DNA of 54,402 nucleotides, counting the filler, from Squatina squatina (Eukaryota), in NCBI GenBank assembly GCA_031763465.1. It is 3 parts of 3 records of this genome, joined end to end, with 100 filler letters (N's around TTAATTAATTAA, not from the genome) between each part and the next. Parts side by side here need not be neighbours in the genome. Positions count along the whole stretch, not along the records: positions 31,833 to 54,402 come from JARFOE010000079.1; 2 more parts are not named here. One strand, given 5' to 3'. Of the stretch, positions 50,607 through 54,402 are shown piece after piece. The position numbers and the translations under genes were made by a program. The notes under the pieces were generated by a model. The model was not told the DNA's origin, searched no databases, and saw only the letters and a list, made by a program, of their open reading frames with translations. Positions within the stretch are counted from its first letter, which is position 1, and each line of letters opens with the position of its first letter.

Positions 50607-53600
50607 TCTTGAAAACCTCCCTGAAAAAATGTAACATCCCCACCGACTCATGGGAGTCTCTGGCCCGAACTGGAGGAGAAGCTTCTGCGAAGGCGCCGAT
50701 CACTTCGAGCTTCTCCAGCGGGAGCACGTGGAGGCCAAGCGCAGGCAGCGGAAGGANNNNNNNNNNNNNNNNNNNNNNNNNNNNNNNNNNNNNNNNNNNN
50801 NNNNNNNNNNNNNNNNNNNNNNNNNNNNNNNNNNNNNNNNNNNNNNNNNNNNNNNNGAACAGGTTGCCTGTAAAAGTCGGTTTTGTTTATTTTAAACTAA
50901 GTAGACTGCAAAACTCTGGCCTTACGTGAGCTGAAGCTAAACACTGCTCCAGCAAAGGATTTCATATCTGTATGAATTTTGAAGGACTGCAGTGGAATTC
51001 ATGGCTGACCCAGCACGGGATCCTTCCCCTGCCCCACCCCATGTGACTTTGCAGTACAAAGCTTGCATGGGGCTACAGTTCGATCAAGCGCTGTTTCACA
51101 AGCTGTGATTTGTAATGGGCATTCTTCACTTCCAATTCCATTCACACTGGTGTCCTGTATTAGGATTTTCTGCAGGGCTGTACTTGTCGGCAGAGAATGA
51201 AGTACCAATGGCTGTAATCATTGGCAGTAATTACTTTGGAAGAGCAGGCGGGTCCCCCCCCAGAAAAGTGGCAAAGAATCTTTTACATCTACCTGAACAG
51301 GCAAGTAGAACTGCTCTTTAATGAAAGACGGCACCCTTAACAATGTAGCAGATGGCATCTTTGAATTGTCAGCTGAGATTGTGCTCATATCCTGAAGCAG
51401 AGCATAAATCTATGACCTCATGACTCATCTGAGTGTTCCCAACTGAGCCAGCAAGCCTACTCGTGAAGAAAAATTAAGCCAAAGGTTGAATCCCACAAAG
51501 AGTTATCTGTCTTGAGCACTTCTTTATGGGCCTGTGATGTGTTCATTTCAATATAGAAATTTTCATATGATTGAGCTCATTTTTGCTCCCTTGTCATCAG
51601 CCATTTCACAGGTACGTTGGCTGCTAGATGTAATCAGTGGAGTATCAGAGTGTATGACTTTCAAGTGGTTTGTCATCAGTTACAATTGATAATCCTGAGC
51701 AGCAGAACCCCAGCATTGAACCGCCTGGGAAGAGTATATGATTGCAAAATTATTTGCTGATTATGCAGGAGCCAGAGTAGAAAGCAATGGCTTGGAGCGC
51801 TGCTAAAGTGTGCAATTGTCATTAACCGTTTGTTCCCCTCCATTTATCTCGCTTTCCTGAAGGCTCGCCCTCATACACTTCCCGACATCCCCAAACCTGC
51901 CCCCATGTGGCCCTTTGTCAGGCGTGAGCATCGACAATGAGGCCCCAATTTTAATTGCGAGGTGGAAAATAGGTGAGGTGGGGTGGCAGCAGTTAAAATG
52001 AGAGGCAGCGACTTACCCCGATGTGTAAGAATACATCATTCGCTGTAAATGTTTGCTGTAACTCGACCAGACTTAAAAGTTGACCACATGTTGTGGACCA
52101 GCATGCTTCGCGAGGCCAAGAGATTGGTTGCTGAGAGAACATTGTAAAACATAAAACCGCTGTGGCTGCAAGCCGTTAATCACAGATAAGGGAGACGGCC
52201 GGCCTTCAGACCTTGAGAGCCTTGCGAGAACAGACTCAGAAACAGGGACATCTGCAGACATGAAGCGGCCGAAATTCATAAGTTGGGGTGCTTACGTGGT
52301 GGGAGCCAGCATTTGTTGCGCCAACTCCTGCCCCGCCCCGCCCACTGCAGAATTAGTTGTTCCGGGGCGGGAACGACTGCCGGGGTGTCGGCTCGCTCCC
52401 GGGCGGAACTGAGCCGGCCGGCCTGGAATGTCGCGTACCGCGGCCCACCACTGGGACACCACCAACCGGACCACATGGGCCACCATCATTCGGCCGACAA
52501 CCCAGTCAGTCGACAAATAAGGAGAGCGGCCGCAGGTGNNNNNNNNNNNNNNNNNNNNNNNNNNNNNNNNNNNNNNNNNNNNNNNNNNNNNNNNNNNNNN
52601 NNNNNNNNNNNNNNNNNNNNNNNNNNNNNNNNNNNNNNAAATTTATTTTTGGCAACATTCCTGTGAAGCGCCTTGGGACGTTTTACTATGTTATCGGCGC
52701 TATATAAATGCAAGTTGTTGTTGTTAAACAGGCGGACAGGAAACCCCCTTTAAGGTCCTGTGAAGTAGATCCCATTTTCAAGCATCCTTTGAATCCAAGC
52801 TGGAAAATGGCAGAAGGTTTGTGTGCACGGTGAACTGGCTGTAGTTTGTAATCGAAAGTTCAATCCATGTTTTCAACTGCAATTCTGATTCCAAATAAGC
52901 GCCGACAGTTGACATAATTGAAAAAGAGAGGACTTGCAAATGAACTCTCTCACCGTAAGTCTTGCCTGTAAATATTTCCATCTGTCTTCCCCTTAACTAG
53001 GGTGCTTGAAGCAATCCATCAAATTCGTGTGAGTTTTCTTCACATGTAACTGAAGACTGTATGCGTGAAAATATGCTGGTTTTTTTTTTCCTTTTTTAAA
53101 ATTTAGGGGTTGCTTTAGTGATGAGCGAAGGTTATTCATGGTTTCAGTCACAGCTGGGGATTGTGCGATAATTACATTAATTTGCCTGAACTCCAATTCC
53201 AGCTCATTACTCGGAGATTTATGACTCCTTTTCAGCTAATTACAGNNNNNNNNNNNNNNNNNNNNNNNNNNNNNNNNNNNNNNNNNNNNNNNNNNNNNNN
53301 NNNNNNNNNNNNNNNNNNNNNNNNNNNNNNNNNNNNNNNNNNNNNGGAACTGCGGAGCGGTTATTGACGAACAACATTAAGTTCTGTGGAAATAATTCTC
53401 CAGGCTATTTCTTTTACTGATCCTATTCCTTCCTGGTTGTTTATATCGACCCTGTCTTACGCGACAAGAAACCTTTTTCGAAGCCATACTGTTGTACTAA
53501 ATAGAAAGGAAAAACCTCATTAGACATTGTTTGCGTGATCAGGGATCACAAGCAGCAGAATATTAGCATAATGAGCTTGAGGAAGGGCATCAAGAATGCC

Positions 53601-53944
53601 CTTCTTGTACTTGGTATGCTGGAGTTGTACTGTGTCCTATGTTAACTGTTGAAGGTCTACAGGAACATCATTGTATGGTGCCAGCTGTGGCAGGTGCATC
53701 AGATCACCCAAGGACGCAGTAATAAAGATGCTCGCTGTCTTTATGGCAACCTTGCCTTTTCATTTGAGCAGAAAGACATTTTTTGACCACTTAATTCAAA
53801 AAGTCATATGCTGTGAGCAAAAGAGAGAGGTTCTCTTTTTGTTTTGAAATAAATTTACACTTTGCAAACTGTGCAATCTAATATTTCTCAAAATGTTATT
53901 TCCCCTCAGCGGCCTGGGTTACATTCTGCTGCTGGAAAGCGCGA

Positions 53945-54402
53945 GCTTTAGCGTGAGCGTAAACATAAACGTGAGTGTGAGCATAAGCATGAGCGTGAGC
54001 ATGAGTGTGAGAATGAGTGTGAGCATGAGCATGTGAGTGTAAGTGTAAGTGTAGGTGTAGGCATGAGTGTGAGCGTGAGTGTGAGCGTGAACGTAAACCT
54101 GAGCATGAGCGTAAACGTGAATGTGAGTGTGAGTGTGAACGTGAGTGTAATTGTAAGTGTGAGTGTGAGCATAAGCATAAGCATGAGTGTGAACATAAGC
54201 GTGAGCATGAGTGTGTGTGTGACCGTGAGCATGAGTGTAAGCGCGAGCGTGAGTCTGAGGATGAGTGTGAGCATGTGTGAGTGTGAGCGTAAGTGTAGGT
54301 GTAAGCGTGAGTGTGAGCGTGAGTGTGAGCATAAGCGTAAGTGTGAGTTTGAGCATAAGCGTGAGCGCGAGTGAGAGTGTGAGCATGAGTGCGAGTGTGA
54401 GC
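53945..54402. repeat. Degenerate hexamer tandem repeat (GTGAGT/GTGAGC/ATGAGC/GTAAGT)n
   Basis: Period-6 array of at least 450 bp running off the end of the window. It produces the low-complexity LT/HT/SV ORFs. Confidence 0.95.

Noticed and set aside
53919-54386. LT/HT/SV-repeat ORFs
   Set aside because: Translations of the hexamer satellite.

Overview
Vertebrate genomic DNA, very probably from a cartilaginous fish, judged from the shark-type CR1/L2/RTE LINEs, DeuSINE-like SINEs and an intact CRH2 gene. The assembly is a fragmented draft with frequent fixed-size N gaps. Two artificial TTAATTAATTAA spacers split the window into three unlinked scaffolds. (1) 1-18424 carries the probable first coding exon of SPAG17 (-), followed by largely non-coding DNA and one short CpG-rich, bacterial-looking coding fragment. 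(2) 18525-31732 carries two MuRF-family TRIM exons (probably TRIM101, +), a complete CRH2 precursor CDS (-) and six UCKL1 exons (-), including a pair of frame-exclusive 17/20-nt microexons. (3) 31833-54402 carries the last two coding exons of a neuroligin with mixed NLGN4/NLGN2 character (+), then repeat-rich DNA ending in a hexamer satellite. I see no new multi-gene system. The best leads are a degenerate CRH-like motif in the CRH2 cryptic region, possible SINE donation of the CRH2 splice acceptor, overlapping TRIM/CRH2 3' ends, the UCKL1 microexons and the mosaic neuroligin. All gene names come from recalled homology, not from searches.
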